From the human T2T-CHM13v2.0 reference genome, Homo sapiens, in assembly GCF_009914755.1 (NCBI RefSeq), contig NC_060933.1: 64,000 bases of DNA. One strand, written 5' to 3'. The position numbers were made by a program, and so were the translations under genes. The notes beneath the pieces were generated by a model. It did no database searches. It was not told where the DNA came from and saw nothing but the letters and a program-made list of their open reading frames with translations. This document shows positions 12,950-27,159 of the stretch, piece by piece; position 1 is the stretch's first letter, and each line of letters opens with the position of its first letter.

Positions 12950-13185
12950 AGATGTCCAGGGTCCAGAGGCCAAGTACTTGGGTTCAAATCTCAGCTCAAT
13001 CACTGACCAGCCATGTGAACTCACACAGGTTACGTGCTCTCTGTATCTGATTTCATAATCTGTGAGTGCTGATAATAGTCCTCTCTGCCTCAGAAGGCTG
13101 TCTTGAGCATTAACCAAGAAAGAGGGCCAGGGGCTCAACACAATGACTGGTCTAGCATAGACAAGTAGTACATATCAGCTATTAT
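12950..13185 (+). mobile_element. MIR
   Basis: 'gggttcaaatctcagctc...ccatgtgaac...'. Confidence 0.7.
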
Positions 13186-14018
13186 CAGTGTTCATAATTA
13201 TATAGTTTTTATCGATTTATTGGGACTTTTGAATTAATAAGCAATTTCACTAAAATATTGATATGAATATATTTCAATCTCATTGGAGCCAAAGATAAGT
13301 CTTGACCATTTCTTCACATAAGGACTTCGCTACCATTTTTTTGTTTGGCCTTTTAAAGCATGTCAGTTAAAATAAAATCATTTAGATAGTGTCCTGTTTG
13401 TTGGGCTTAAAAAATCTTCACAATCCTCTTAAAAAGGCTACTTTCCTCTAAGAGTAATATGGAGGATCTGAGCCTCTTATCTAAAGGTAAAATATATTCC
13501 ATGCAGTGCTTCAAATGCCTCTGGTATTCTTTTTTCCATTTTGATTAAAAAATGTGTGTCATGAGTTGAACACTCTGGGAGCTACTGTTCTGCATGATGA
13601 GATGTCTCAATGAGAAAGTGCGTTGGAGAATAGTAGGCCCCACTACATTCCACCAAAATGCTATCCTGCAGATGTGCAGTGGAGAGCACCTTGCCATATA
13701 CATGTAAAGCTTGGCTCTTATAAAGAGTACATAATACAACTTTTAATAAAACAACCCATAGAGTAAAGGGTTAACATTTATGGATGATGTAGTATTAAAA
13801 CATTCTCAAGAGATATGCCAGAATATAGATAGGTTTTCGGACTACCTAATTCATATGCAAGAAGTTTAGTCACAGGGAGACCAAGTTCAACAAATCTTAC
13901 ATTTACTCCACATTTAACAAATACATAAGCATCCATCTGTTTTAGAGAAAGCTTCATCATTAGATAGAATAAGAACTCTTCTTTTTAAAATTGAGAATTA
14001 TATAGGAGAAAAGCTTAC

Positions 14019-14080
14019 AGGAATGATTTGGCCACATACACCAATAGGTTCATGTCTTGTATATGTAAAAAAATTTCCAT
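14019..14080 (-). CDS. ALDH1A1: ALDH1A1 exon 5
   Basis: CAG|AT GGA...CCT|GTAAGC; (D)[20 protein letters not shown]; 62 nt. Confidence 0.98.
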
Positions 14081-14193
14081 CTGAAAAATAAAACACACAC
14101 AATCATATATAAACAAATGTATTTGACATTCACAAAATGGTGGTTGGTGATGTGAGAGAAAGGTGTAGACAATAATTTTAAAAACATATATCT

Positions 14194-14280
14194 GGCCAGG
14201 TGTGGTGGCTCACGCCTGTAATCCCAGCACTTTGGGAGGCCGAGGCAGGCAGATCACGAGGTCAAGAGATCGAGACCATC
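14194..14280 (+). mobile_element. 3'-truncated Alu (first 87 nt of left arm, AluSc-like), no tail
   Basis: ggccaggtgtggtggctcac...gagaccatc, flanked by tatatct on both sides. Confidence 0.92.
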
Positions 14281-15794
14281 TATATCTCCAACTATTCCCA
14301 AAATGGTAAGTGAAGCCCTAAAATAGTAATTCGAAATGATAGGAACCATAAAATTGAGTTAGGTGAAATCAAAGAGGCAAAATTGGCAAAAATCTGAAAG
14401 ATAATTAATTCCACCTTTCATCTTCTAGGAGGCCTGATTTGAAAATTATCTTTATTCTCTAAGTGTTATAAAAAAGGGACGAGAAAGGAAGTAGGAGGTC
14501 TCTGGCGAAGAGAAGAACCACATTCCAATTTGTTTCTGGTAGCTCAAAGTTCTACCAATAAGAGAATTCTTTTTAAAAGTTATAATATAATTTTTAGAAA
14601 TAGTAAAATTAAAAACAGTAGAATTAAAAAGAAAATCTCCCTATGAGTAATAAGCCTTTCCTACTGACTTGTTCTAAAATGTATTTTATTTGCCTACCAA
14701 ACAATAATAGCAAATTCTCTAAATACATGAAGAAAATGACAGGAGTATAAGACATTTATTTTCAATCTAAATTTGACCAATTTATGTGCCCCGAAGTTTA
14801 ATGTGGTCATCCAGAGAGATACATTATGCTTTACATTCAATTCTGTTCTAGTTCCCACAGAAGCTTCCTGGTTTCAGCAAGGACTCTCTTCATCAAGATC
14901 TATTTGTGTTTTAAGTGACTTCTCCCATTTTGTCCCGGAGTAAAGTAGGACAGTTCTAAAGTAGCCACATTTCTTAGTACCACCGAGGTCTTACTCTCCT
15001 CTCAACTTTCTGCTATCACTTCTGACCTCCTGCATGCTCCAATTGGATTGGAAGTGCACATCAGGGCCAGTCCTGGAGGGTATTGTATTCCTAAAGTTCA
15101 TAGGTTTGCCTGAATTAAATTCCACCCATACTGTTTCCTAAATGTGTGTGTTTTCATGTTTCACATGAAATATCTTTAGTATTTCTACTCCATTATGTGC
15201 ATACCCCACTAAAATAACACATACGTACAGATTCACACACACAAACCCTTAACTTAGGCTGCAAACACAGTCCCATCTTGCTTTGAAGATATTTGAAACG
15301 AGTCCGTGTGAACTGGCTTGTTTGATTAGTCTGGTCTAACTACACTGAGTTTGACCAGGCACAGATGACCATAACTGACTTATACTGGAACATGTAAAGA
15401 GGCTTAAATAATTACATTACAGAAAGGATATAAATGTCAGTATTGGAATAAAACCCAAATAAATAATTTCAGAGGTCAGCTTTAAAAAGTTTGGGACCTT
15501 AGAGAGGCAATTGCCTCAGATCAGTAATTACTGCCAAAGGAATGTTCTTACTTTGACATTTTCTAAAATATCTATAATGTTATCTTCATGATTATGCTGA
15601 AACAACTTTAAAAGACCTTTTATGAATTTTAATAGAACTTCTAAGTTGAAAACTGTGTTGTCTCAAAGTCAAGAGGAAAATAATTTTGCCTTATTTGGTT
15701 GACATCTTTAAAAGGGAGAGTTTGAAATTATTCAGCTCTATAGTAAACTCCTCGCTCCTATCCTCACCATTAGTGGTTTCTCAAAGATACTTAC

Positions 15795-15924
15795 CAATTG
15801 GTATTGTACGGCCCTGGATCTTGTCAGCCCAACCTGCACAGTAGCGCAATGTTTTGATGCAGCCTGCTAAATCATTCAGATATGCATTGGAATAGAGTTT
15901 TCCACCATTCATTGACTCCATTGT
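15795..15924 (-). CDS. ALDH1A1: ALDH1A1 exon 4
   Basis: CAG|ACA ATG GAG...ATT G|GTAAGT; [43 protein letters not shown]; 130 nt. Confidence 0.99.
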
Positions 15925-17783
15925 CTGAAAAACATGTCAAACACCAAATCTAAAATTCCATAAAAGTTTTAGATTAAAAATATGTAGTAAATATTTTCAG
16001 CAATCATGTGCTAGGGAATTTTTGAAATAGAAGAAATCTTGTCATCTTGTCTAACCTCCACTTTTTAAGAGTTAAAATGACTTCCTTTAGGTCAAATAGC
16101 AAGATCTGGGCACAAAGGGTAGTGAGATTCTGATTTCTAAACCCCAGTGCTCTTTCTATCTCATTTTGATGTTCTCCTGCTAACCAGCTTTCTAGGAATC
16201 GGTCACAATTTGATATACACATAACATCTGAGAATGAAACCTAGTCTTCTAAGTCCTATCAGAATTCCAACAAGGTTTCTCTTATTTTGTAATCAACTGT
16301 GGGTGACAACTTAGTGTCAGTGACTATTAATGATGGCTCAGTAATCATTTTTAATTTTTACATTCCATCTGGATATACATAGTCTACTCACACAAACTTA
16401 AGTAATGCCTGGATTTTTCATCCATGAATTTCCTTCAGCAGAATTTTAATTAGGAAACTACCAGTGTTGCCATTATTGTCATAATTGCCGTTTTAATGGT
16501 CAGGTAAAGTTCAACATTTTCTAGTCATGTGCCCTAACCATTATAAGATGACCTATCTCCCCTTTGGCTTCTCTTCTTAAGCAGGACCTTAAGCTCTTTG
16601 AGATCTAATATTCTGCTGGGGTGGTTACCTGGCAGAAATGCACAGGTGATGAACTGTTAAAGCTATTTGTTTCTGTACTACACTCTCTATCATGTCAAAA
16701 TTTAACCAAATGTGACTTTTGTATGCCTGTACTTTTCTCTCTATAGGATCTTATGCTGACAGGCAGTCAACAAATCAGATAATTGAGAAAAGCCAAGTTT
16801 TAGCATTTTCTGCTTTCTTCCTACAGGTCATTTTTATTACTATAGTTTTATTGCACATAGCTGCTCGTTCTGAATTTTTGTGTATTTCAAATTATGTTGA
16901 ATATTTGAGTAATAAATGGTCCTTTGATTAACCATACTTGCTATTAACCATACATGCTAATGTTGATTTTTTAAAAATGTAGACTTCTTTGTTACTGCCA
17001 CTTTCAGATTCTAAAGATGAAATTTGCTTGAAACCTGATCTTGGTATTTGTTTATGTTTAATTGGCTTCATCATAATGCCCAATTGAGACAACAGAAACA
17101 AGGAAATACCCTCCCCCAACTATATTATGCTCTGACTCATCTAACTGCTAAAACATAAACAAACAAAAATAGTATTCATAAAAACATGATTTTGATAAAC
17201 CACATTAATAATTGGATTTTTTTTATTTTTTGCCTCTTTCATCTGTAAAAAGAACATCATTTAATTATGACCCTTGTGAACAGACACATTTCAGGAAGAA
17301 AAAAAGTAGCCATTTATTAAATATCTTAGCGAGCTAGACTAATGAGAAATAAGATTTATTTTAGAGAAATATTTTGGGCACCCTTAACAAACTTGAGTTT
17401 TTCCATCAAAAGAGCTCAGTGGTCAAATGCTTGAATAAACCTAATATATCATTCTAGGAGACTCAAACTTCATGTGATCTTATTGAAACCTCTGAGAAGT
17501 TTTAAGGTAAAGAAATTTCTAAAATTTGGTTTAACTTGGGTTTGCTAAAGTTTAGACCGTAGAATCTATTATGGGAGCAGAAATTAACATCATCCAGAAT
17601 TGAAATGCAGATTACTATTTGAGAATAGTTCAATGTTAAGGGGCCTATTCATTGGGACAAAAAATGTTTTCATTTTGTTTGTAGAGAGCATATAGTGATC
17701 CCTAAAATCAAAACAACTTGCCATTTCAAACGCTGAATGCTTTTGAGAGCTCTAGCTACCCATCCAGCTTGGATAATACTCAC

Positions 17784-17924
17784 CGCCAGCAGCAGACGAT
17801 CTCTTTCGATTAAATCAGCCAACTTGTATAATAGTCGCCCCCTCTCGGAAGCATCCATAGTACGCCACGGGGATCCAATCTGAAAAGCCTGTCTTGCGGC
17901 CTTCACTGCCTTGTCAACATCCTC
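17784..17924 (-). CDS. ALDH1A1: ALDH1A1 exon 3 (E58-A104)
   Basis: CAG|GAG...GCG|GTGAGT; [47 protein letters not shown]; 141 nt. Confidence 0.99.
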
Positions 17925-18179
17925 CTGTAAGTCAACAGGAATTCAATTCAGTAAGCTAAACATATTAGGCAAGCAAATTTAATGCCAATAACCCTGTAAA
18001 ATAGACTGTAGTGCCTCATAAGCAGGCACTGTGTCTCCATTATCCCAAAGTCTAACACATTGCGCACATTCAACTACTGTATGTTGGAATTACTCCTGCT
18101 GAATAATCTTTACATGATGAGCTCCACGTACCTAGCACATGCTGGATTTCCTAGAATATAAGTGTTTTATGATTTTAAT

Positions 18180-18415
18180 AGTTGCTATCATCTGAGTGCT
18201 TGCCCTGTTTCAAGTAATGTTCTGATGACTTTATACCTATTAGCTCATTTAATTCTCATTAATTTTATGGCACAAATATGTTCCCTGTTTTACAGATGAA
18301 GAAACTAAAGCAAAGAGAGACGGGAGCTTTGCTCAAGGTTAATAACTAAAAGTGGCTGAACTGAGTTTTAAAGGGAGCCCATCTGATTGTAGAATCTTTG
18401 CTGTTTACCACACAT
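18180..18415 (-). mobile_element. MIR
   Basis: 'gttttacagatgaagaaactaaagc...gctcaaggt'. Confidence 0.75.
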
Positions 18416-20109
18416 TATACTTTCTTAGTGACTGGGTTACAGGAATTCCAGGTCAAGCTCAAGATCCAAAATAATGAATATCTTCCTTGGTCTCTGGTGA
18501 CTCAACAGCCTGTCCACTTTCATGAAGAGCCTATTGAAGGGTGAATAAGAACTTTGCTTTGCTGTTGAAGAATAAACCTTAGAAACATGTGCTCATTCCT
18601 CTTGTGCAGAGGGAACAGGGCATGGAAATAGTGGAACTAATAGAGTAGGATGTGCATGTGACAACCTCTCATTTCCCAACTGGGTACAAAGAGATCCTTT
18701 TAAATCCCTAATCCGATAAAGAAGTCAGTTTCTTATTAAAGATGCATGGCTTAAAACTACATTAATTCAAGTAAAAGTCAAAGAGTAAAGTGACTCCACA
18801 TTCAGTGTAGCCTCCTGTCCTTCACTCTCATAGTGCCTTCACTCAATTTCTTTCTCTGTTGTGTTTTTCTACACCAGATATATTCTCTGGTTCTTTTGCA
18901 ATTCACCTCAGTTACAAATATTGCCCTGACCACTCCACTCCCCTGCAGATCCCTGTTCAGACCTCTTCTGAGCTCTTACAGAACATACCTACTACTACTG
19001 CAAACACCATAAAGGAATATATCATTCCAGTGTTCTTTTGTACATAGAACTGGCCACTACATGGAATTGTATAGCTCCACAAATAGTGGCTATATCACAG
19101 GCCAGTAGGTTGCAATATTTTGCAGGAGACACAATTCCCTTTAAGAATTGGGGGAGACAAAAAGTAATGACCCTAGATTTTTTTAAAAAATTGTACACAA
19201 TTAAGCTAAATCCCATCTAAGGAGATATCTTCCCCTCAAATGGACCTCAAATTAACATCCTCCTCCTTAGGCTATATTCAATCAAGAAGACCCACACTTA
19301 CAAGTCTGTGAATTAAAATACAAAAAAACTATTCTTCTAGTATTTATCACCAAAATAATATGATCTGGGGCAAGAGAGATATTTTAGAAGCACAATCTGG
19401 TCTGATTAAGTAATAATATTTACTGACTACAAGCAAAGATTCTTTCAGTGTAATACATCACACACTGATATATCTCACTGTCTAACTTTTCAGAGAATGA
19501 TGATATATACAAAATATATGTATTTATTGCCTGCCTTTCCTGAGAAATACATATACAGTGCATATTTGCGGCATTCAGTTAATCACATTGATTGCTTATA
19601 CTTAGACATTGTTTCATGCCACACGTTCTAACTTTTTCCTAAATTTACAGAGCACTGTTTGAAAAAAAGAAAAAGCAAACCACAAAAATCTGAGATTGTC
19701 AGCATGATCTGTGGATACCAGAGCTTATAAAATACATGCTGGTCTGTGTTTAAACAGATCTGTATGACACAGCTTTCATTTGGATCTTTCTGTTCAGTGT
19801 CCTGCTATTGGTCTTAGCCAAATATGGGCTATCATAGGGATCTTGGCCTCCCAAAGGGATACGGAGAACTGGCTTCAAGATAAGTAACTCTCCCATATGG
19901 AAAGCACATCCCTAAAGAATGCTGCTATAAATAAAGATGTTCTTATGATTATGTCCTTTGGATCATGCGCCCCCTTTTCTCACATCTTATATGTAATCTT
20001 GCAGATGCAGAAATACAGTAATGTTAGTTAATATATAGTTTGATATGAAAACAACCCAGATTTGAATTCTGATTCCTCTTCATTAGCTGTGTAAACCTTG
20101 AGGCATCTA

Positions 20110-20542
<433 letters not shown>

Positions 20543-20715
20543 AAATTGGGGTATGTTACCTCACAGGGTTGTAATGAAGATTAATAAGATAACATTTAAA
20601 CATTTTCTATGTTAGAACATTATGTATTATTCAATGGTGGCAATTGTTACTGTTGTCCTAGCAGTTAAAACTTTAAATTTTAATATAACTCTCAGCAATT
20701 TCTCCCTCTCTCAAT

Positions 20716-21141
20716 AGAGGGAGATTCACTCTGTTGCCTAGGCTGGTGTGCAGTGGCACAAACATGGCTCACCAAAGCCTAGACCTCCTGACGAGCCTCA
20801 GGTGATCCTCCCACCTCAGCCTCTGGAGTAGCTGGGACTACAGGAGTGCATCACCATGCCCATCTAATTGTTTATTTTTAGTAAAGATGAGGTCTTGCTA
20901 TGTTGTCCAGGCTGGTCTCAAACCCCTGGGCTCAAGTGATCCTCTCACCTTGACCTTCCGAAGTGCTATGATTGCAGGCATGAGCCACCGTCTGCCTAAT
21001 TTTTTTGTAGAGATGGGGTTTTGCCATGTTGTCAAAGCTGGTCTAAAATTCCTGGGTTCAAGCAACCTGGCTGCCTTTGCCTTCCAACGTGGTGGGATTA
21101 CAGGCACACAGGGATTATAGGTGTGTATTGCTGCACCTAGC
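20716..21141 (-). mobile_element. AluJ dimer followed by an extra left monomer (FLAM-like)
   Basis: Right arm and left arm, then a second 'tttttgtagagatgggg...gggattacagg' left arm. Confidence 0.85.
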
Positions 21142-21199
21142 AAGTTCTAATGTATTTTAATCCTTCCTTTCAGTTTTCACTGCTCTGAACAATTTTAGG

Positions 21200-21600
21200 C
21201 CCTATTATTTCATATTGTCAATGCTGTCTCAAGTTCATTCTCTTCTCTCCTCAAACTATCTTGGCTACTATCACCAGGCTAATCTTCTGCAAATAATTTT
21301 ATCTTATCACTTTGTCTTTCAAATGTTTACACCTGTTCCCTTTCATCTACAATCTCAAGGTCAAAGTCCTCCCTGGTTTTCAAGGCCCAGGATTTTCAGA
21401 CCACATCTCACCTATCCAAACTTAGTGTTTACATTTTTTCTACTCTATCTGACCCAACTCCTTCTTACTTTTGTGTCTGTAGTTCTCCTTGCCTAGAATA
21501 TTATACCAGTATACTCCCTTACTTTCTAAATCCTATATATACTTTAAGACCCAGCTCAAATATCAATCTACCTAAAACCTTGCCAGACTAGTCCAGCTTG
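21200..21600 (+). mobile_element. L2 fragments
   Basis: 'caaagtcctccctgg...tttaagacccagctcaaatatca'. Confidence 0.55.
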
Positions 21601-23782
21601 ATGATGGCTACTAGCTAAGAGCCTACTAAGCTCCAGGCACTAAGGAAAGTTCTTTAAAGCCCCATAGTTACTATTACTATTAAGTATCATGAGCCTTGGT
21701 TTATAAATGAATAGACTATGGCTCATGGATATGAAATCTAGCAGACAGTAGAATCAACCTTTGATCCCACATCTGACTACAAAATCTAGTTCTTACATCT
21801 CTGTAAGGCTGCCCTAATAATGACCTCCTTTGCAACAAATATATACTGCTATTTGTTTTGTAAACTGTAATATTTCTTACAATTCTGGGTCTACAATGGG
21901 CAATAAATAAATTTTGAATAATTTGGTTACCTGTTTTATAAACTCATCATGTTGTACTGATTTTATATAAGGGGTGCCTTACATAATTAATTTAACTACA
22001 TTGGCATTTACATAATAAATCATATTTTAATAGATTCCATGATACAACAAAACTTATACATTATTCAAAAACTGTTAGACATAACAGTTATTGTTTTCTT
22101 AATTCCAGGACTAGCATTTTTTAAATTTTTATTTCAGAACTGGAATTTTCAGGGATATAATTTTTTAATTAAACAGAAAACAATTTGGTACATTAACTCA
22201 GATTTGCCACCATCAATAACAATTTTGCTTATAGCACTGAAAATGCTCCTTTTTTTGAAGTAAGGGCCACAAGCTGAATGTAAAAAGACAGTTCAAATGA
22301 TGATGAGATATCAAATGCCTCCTAAAGCACAGTTAAGGAAGGACTGAACTCTTCCATCACTCCCAGATGGTACATTTCCATATTAAATTCATTCAGAGAT
22401 GGAGAAAATAGTTATCAGACCAGTTTTACTTTTACACATGTCAAAGGCACTTACTTTAACGGACATTTACTTTTATCCCCACCAATTATTTGTTAGGTCA
22501 TGCCTTAGTATTAAAAGCAGTTTTCAGGATTAGTCAATATAGCCTAAAAGAACCACTGAAGTGAAAAGAAAACAGTTCCCACCCACATCTGTACTTTGCT
22601 TTGTAACCTCCATTTGTTCTTGCCCTTCCTCTTTTCTTTATAATACCGTTGAAAGGCGGTATATAGCCCATTGTTAGCCCCATTCTACTTACAAATTAAA
22701 TCCCTAAAACCTCTTGGCTCATTATCTAAAGAGTCAGATACAGCATATTAGGTTTACTGTGACTATGTAATTTACTAGATTTGTACCTTTCACTAAGCAA
22801 TGTCGGAGTTTACTATACATTTGTCGGCAAAATTGTGGGAAGAGCAATAATTATTTAAAAATATGTTTTAAAATAATTCAAAAAAGAATGTGATGATAAG
22901 AGTGCTAGATGTTCAAACTGGTTTACCATGAACAGTTTATACCATCAACATTTTAGTTTTAGTAACCAGTTGACCAGCCAACTCAGTTGGCATTGTGACC
23001 TGATTTGAAGCTTGGGTAGATGTTAATGAGCATCCTTGATCTCTTGGGTAAGCAATAGTAATTGTCAAGAAGCACAGAGCAAATCAGTGGCAAACATTTC
23101 TAAGTCTTCCAGTATGATCATTAGCTTTCCCTTACTATACTTTAGGAAGGAGGTAAATCCCACAAACTTCACTAAGAAAAGTCCTCAGACTGCCTGACAA
23201 GGTTTCAACTGGAACTTTGGGCATAGAGATTTGTTTTCCTAATAAAATTAATCCCAGTGGCAAAGGTCGATGTTCAAGGCTCCAGAATTAAAACATCAAT
23301 AATATTTTTCTGTTTGTTAGTTGCAAACTGCAAACAGATCTGGCCTTCCTCTTGAATGGAGAGAGAAAGTATGTAGCTCTCAAGGGCTCACTCTGTCCTT
23401 GCCCTTTATTGCTTTTCTCACCTTCCCAGGCCTGCTAGAGCCACTCAAGCAACTAGAGGAACATTTGAGGTGGTGGTGTGTGGATCTCCTGAAGTCTCTG
23501 ATAAAAGGCGTTCATTCTTCTTTGAAAGGTGAAGAATAAATTTCTCTCTTATTTCTGGGAATGGCTTATAGGGCACAGGCTTCTGGGGCTCCTATAGACC
23601 TTGCCAGGGATGATCAGTATTTCTATGCCCAATTTTGGTTTGGTAGCATTTCAGAGAGGTGCAGAGTGATCACCACAGTACAGTTTTCAATCACTAACTT
23701 TCTTAGGTGTCAAAACTCTTTGACCCCTGTTAAATGTTAACGCTTGAGAGGAGATACAACTTAACAGCTTAACACTTTAGTT

Positions 23783-23982
23783 CGGTGGTTCAAGATGCAT
23801 TCCCTCACCTCCTTCCCAACCAACAACATCAGCATTACCAAAGAATTGATAAAAAATGAAAATTTTCAGGTCCCATTCTAAGATTATTGCAGTGAAATCT
23901 AGGGGAAGGTGGGGCTCAGCTATCTGTGTTTTAACAAGCCTTCCTGGACATTCTGAGACAGGCTAAATTTTGAGAATGTCTG
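23783..23982. mobile_element. MER5A
   Basis: 'catcagcattacc...ggtggggctcagctatctgtgttttaacaagcc'. Confidence 0.75.
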
Positions 23983-25348
23983 CCATAGCCAATAGTCAGG
24001 TTAGTACTAAATTCCTAAGGTGAGGAATGTGGAATGTATGGAAATTCAACACTTGATGAAAAAGAAGACTACTTCATAGATTTATAGAATATACTATATC
24101 TATAGTATAGTATATCTATCAAATATAGTATAGCATACTTATAGGATATACTATATCCAGAAACCAAGGATATAAATGAGAGATGCAGTGTTGATCTCTG
24201 CAAGAAGCATATTGTCTCAGACAAATTAACCTATAGCTGTATAATACAAAGGTTATAATACAGGCAAATACAATGTCCTATAACCACACAGAAGAGAGTA
24301 AGTCTGCTTGAGAAGGTTAGAGAAGGCTTTAAATAAGTATAAAACCCGGGCATGACTGAAGCTTTAGGATATGCCTGGCACCGTTGAAGAGCTCTATATA
24401 TTTAACTCCTCAAGCATTTTCTATCTCCTCATTTTACATGAAAAAGAACAGAATCTCAAAGAAGGTTAAGTACAAACATTGAAAATCTACGCTCTTACTA
24501 TAGATGGTGACTTGAACTAGGTCCTGAGGACTACACTGTGGACATGTACAGAGGCAGTGACTAGCAAGCAATTGTTGGGGATGGACACTGGGCATGACGA
24601 AGTTGAAACTCTTAAGTTAATGCGGTGGCCTGGGAAAGAGGCCATAAACAAAGGTTGAGTAATATTATAAAGGACCTTTGTTTGTGCACTTTTTCCCACA
24701 GACAGTGAGAAGCAGAATGGAGAATTTATGCTTTGGTGAACTCTTCAGTATAAAGAGTAAATCTGAATCTGAAAGCCAGTGACATTTGTCATCATTTTAT
24801 TTTGTTTCTACTTCTCAAATTGTTAACCCCTATGGTTGAACTCCGTACTCCTGTGGCTTGAGACTTCGGTCTTACTTGTTTTCATCGTACTGAAATCTGA
24901 ACCAAGGGCCTCTCCTAAATCTAAAAGGGCCCCCTCAGGTCTGTCACTATCTTGGAATAAGTATCTGCATGGCCCAGTACGTTGAGATTTGTGATCTCAT
25001 TTACTGGGGCTAAAGTAATGGAAAAGACTGGGCAGGAGACTGGCAGGAACATGTGATCGCTATAATTAACTAAAACACATTGTCATGAATAATATTATCC
25101 TTGGGTGTTGCTGACTTTAATTTCCCAGTAGTCTTTTCCTGCAGCAATAATAATAATAATAAAATAAAATAAAACATTACTTCTTTACAGAAATTTAAAG
25201 CTTGGCAACCCCTGGGCAACTAAAGAGCAGAAAAATCATTTCAAATTAGACTTAGAAACACTTACGTGTTCAGATAAATATTCTGAAGTTTTTTACTCTC
25301 CTCACCCAGGAGGAGAATAAAAAGTTTATTTAATATTATGCTATCTAA

Positions 25349-25621
<273 letters not shown>

Positions 25622-25653
25622 ATCTTACTTTCATAATAAGAAAGACTATTTAA

Positions 25654-25946
<293 letters not shown>

Positions 25947-26425
25947 AACCCTATCTTACTTTCATAATAATCACAAAGTGAAGCAGTAGCCCTACTAGGC
26001 ACAGGTTATAGTGTCAGAGGAACAGCATTTTAATGTTGAGGTTATTACTTATTAGCAATGTCACCTTGAGTAAATTACTCAGCCTTTCTACTCTGCCATC
26101 TCATCATTATTTGTAAAAATGACTCAAAATAGTACCTGCCCTATAGGGTTGCTTTAAGTTTTAAATGAAGATAGCATTTAGAACTTGAGAACAATTTTCA
26201 CTAAATAAAAATTGGTTTTTGTTGTTTCTATTATTAGCTGGAAAATAACAACGCTTGTAATTTGTTAGTCAATTTAAGTTATTCTATAATATAATTTTTA
26301 CAGGTGTTGAATAATAATATTAATGCAGTGATTTTTAATAAAATAACTTAGTAATATATTGTTCTAAAAGTTCTATAATAACTTTTAGTTTTATCTAGCA
26401 ACATAAAAAGAACAATTTCATATGA

Positions 26426-26722
<297 letters not shown>

Positions 26723-27054
26723 GAAGATTTCTCTACTTTATAACCTATGATCAATCCCTTCTTATATAGTCTGTAAAATAAATCTATATACTATTTCAAT
26801 TGAAAATAAAGGAAAATGATGTGAAAAAAAATCACCATGACACCCAGAAGCACAGGTTTATCATTATTACATAACTACAGAGCATTTTTTTTTTTTTTTT
26901 GGTAACAAGGACAACTTAGACAATTTTCCTAAGCTGCCCCAGAAACCATATTTTCATGGCATGTCTTTTGGAACTTGCAATGGGGTTCAGGAGCTCAGAA
27001 TGGCAAAAAACCAAGAAACCTGGCATAAAATGAAACTAGTGTTCAGAAACTCAC

Positions 27055-27159
27055 CTTATCTCCTTCTTCTACCTGGCAGAGCTCCTCCTCAGTTGCAGGA
27101 TTAAAGACAGGAAATTTCTTGCCACTCACTGAATCATGCCATTCATTGTTTATGAAGAT
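27055..27159 (-). CDS. ALDH1A1: ALDH1A1 exon 2 (I23-K57)
   Basis: CAG|ATC...AAG|GTGAGT; [35 protein letters not shown]; 105 nt. Confidence 0.99.

Noticed and set aside
17922-17927. NAGNAG (CAG GAG) at the exon 3 acceptor
   Set aside because: GAG is a very poor distal acceptor, and nothing in the sequence supports its use.
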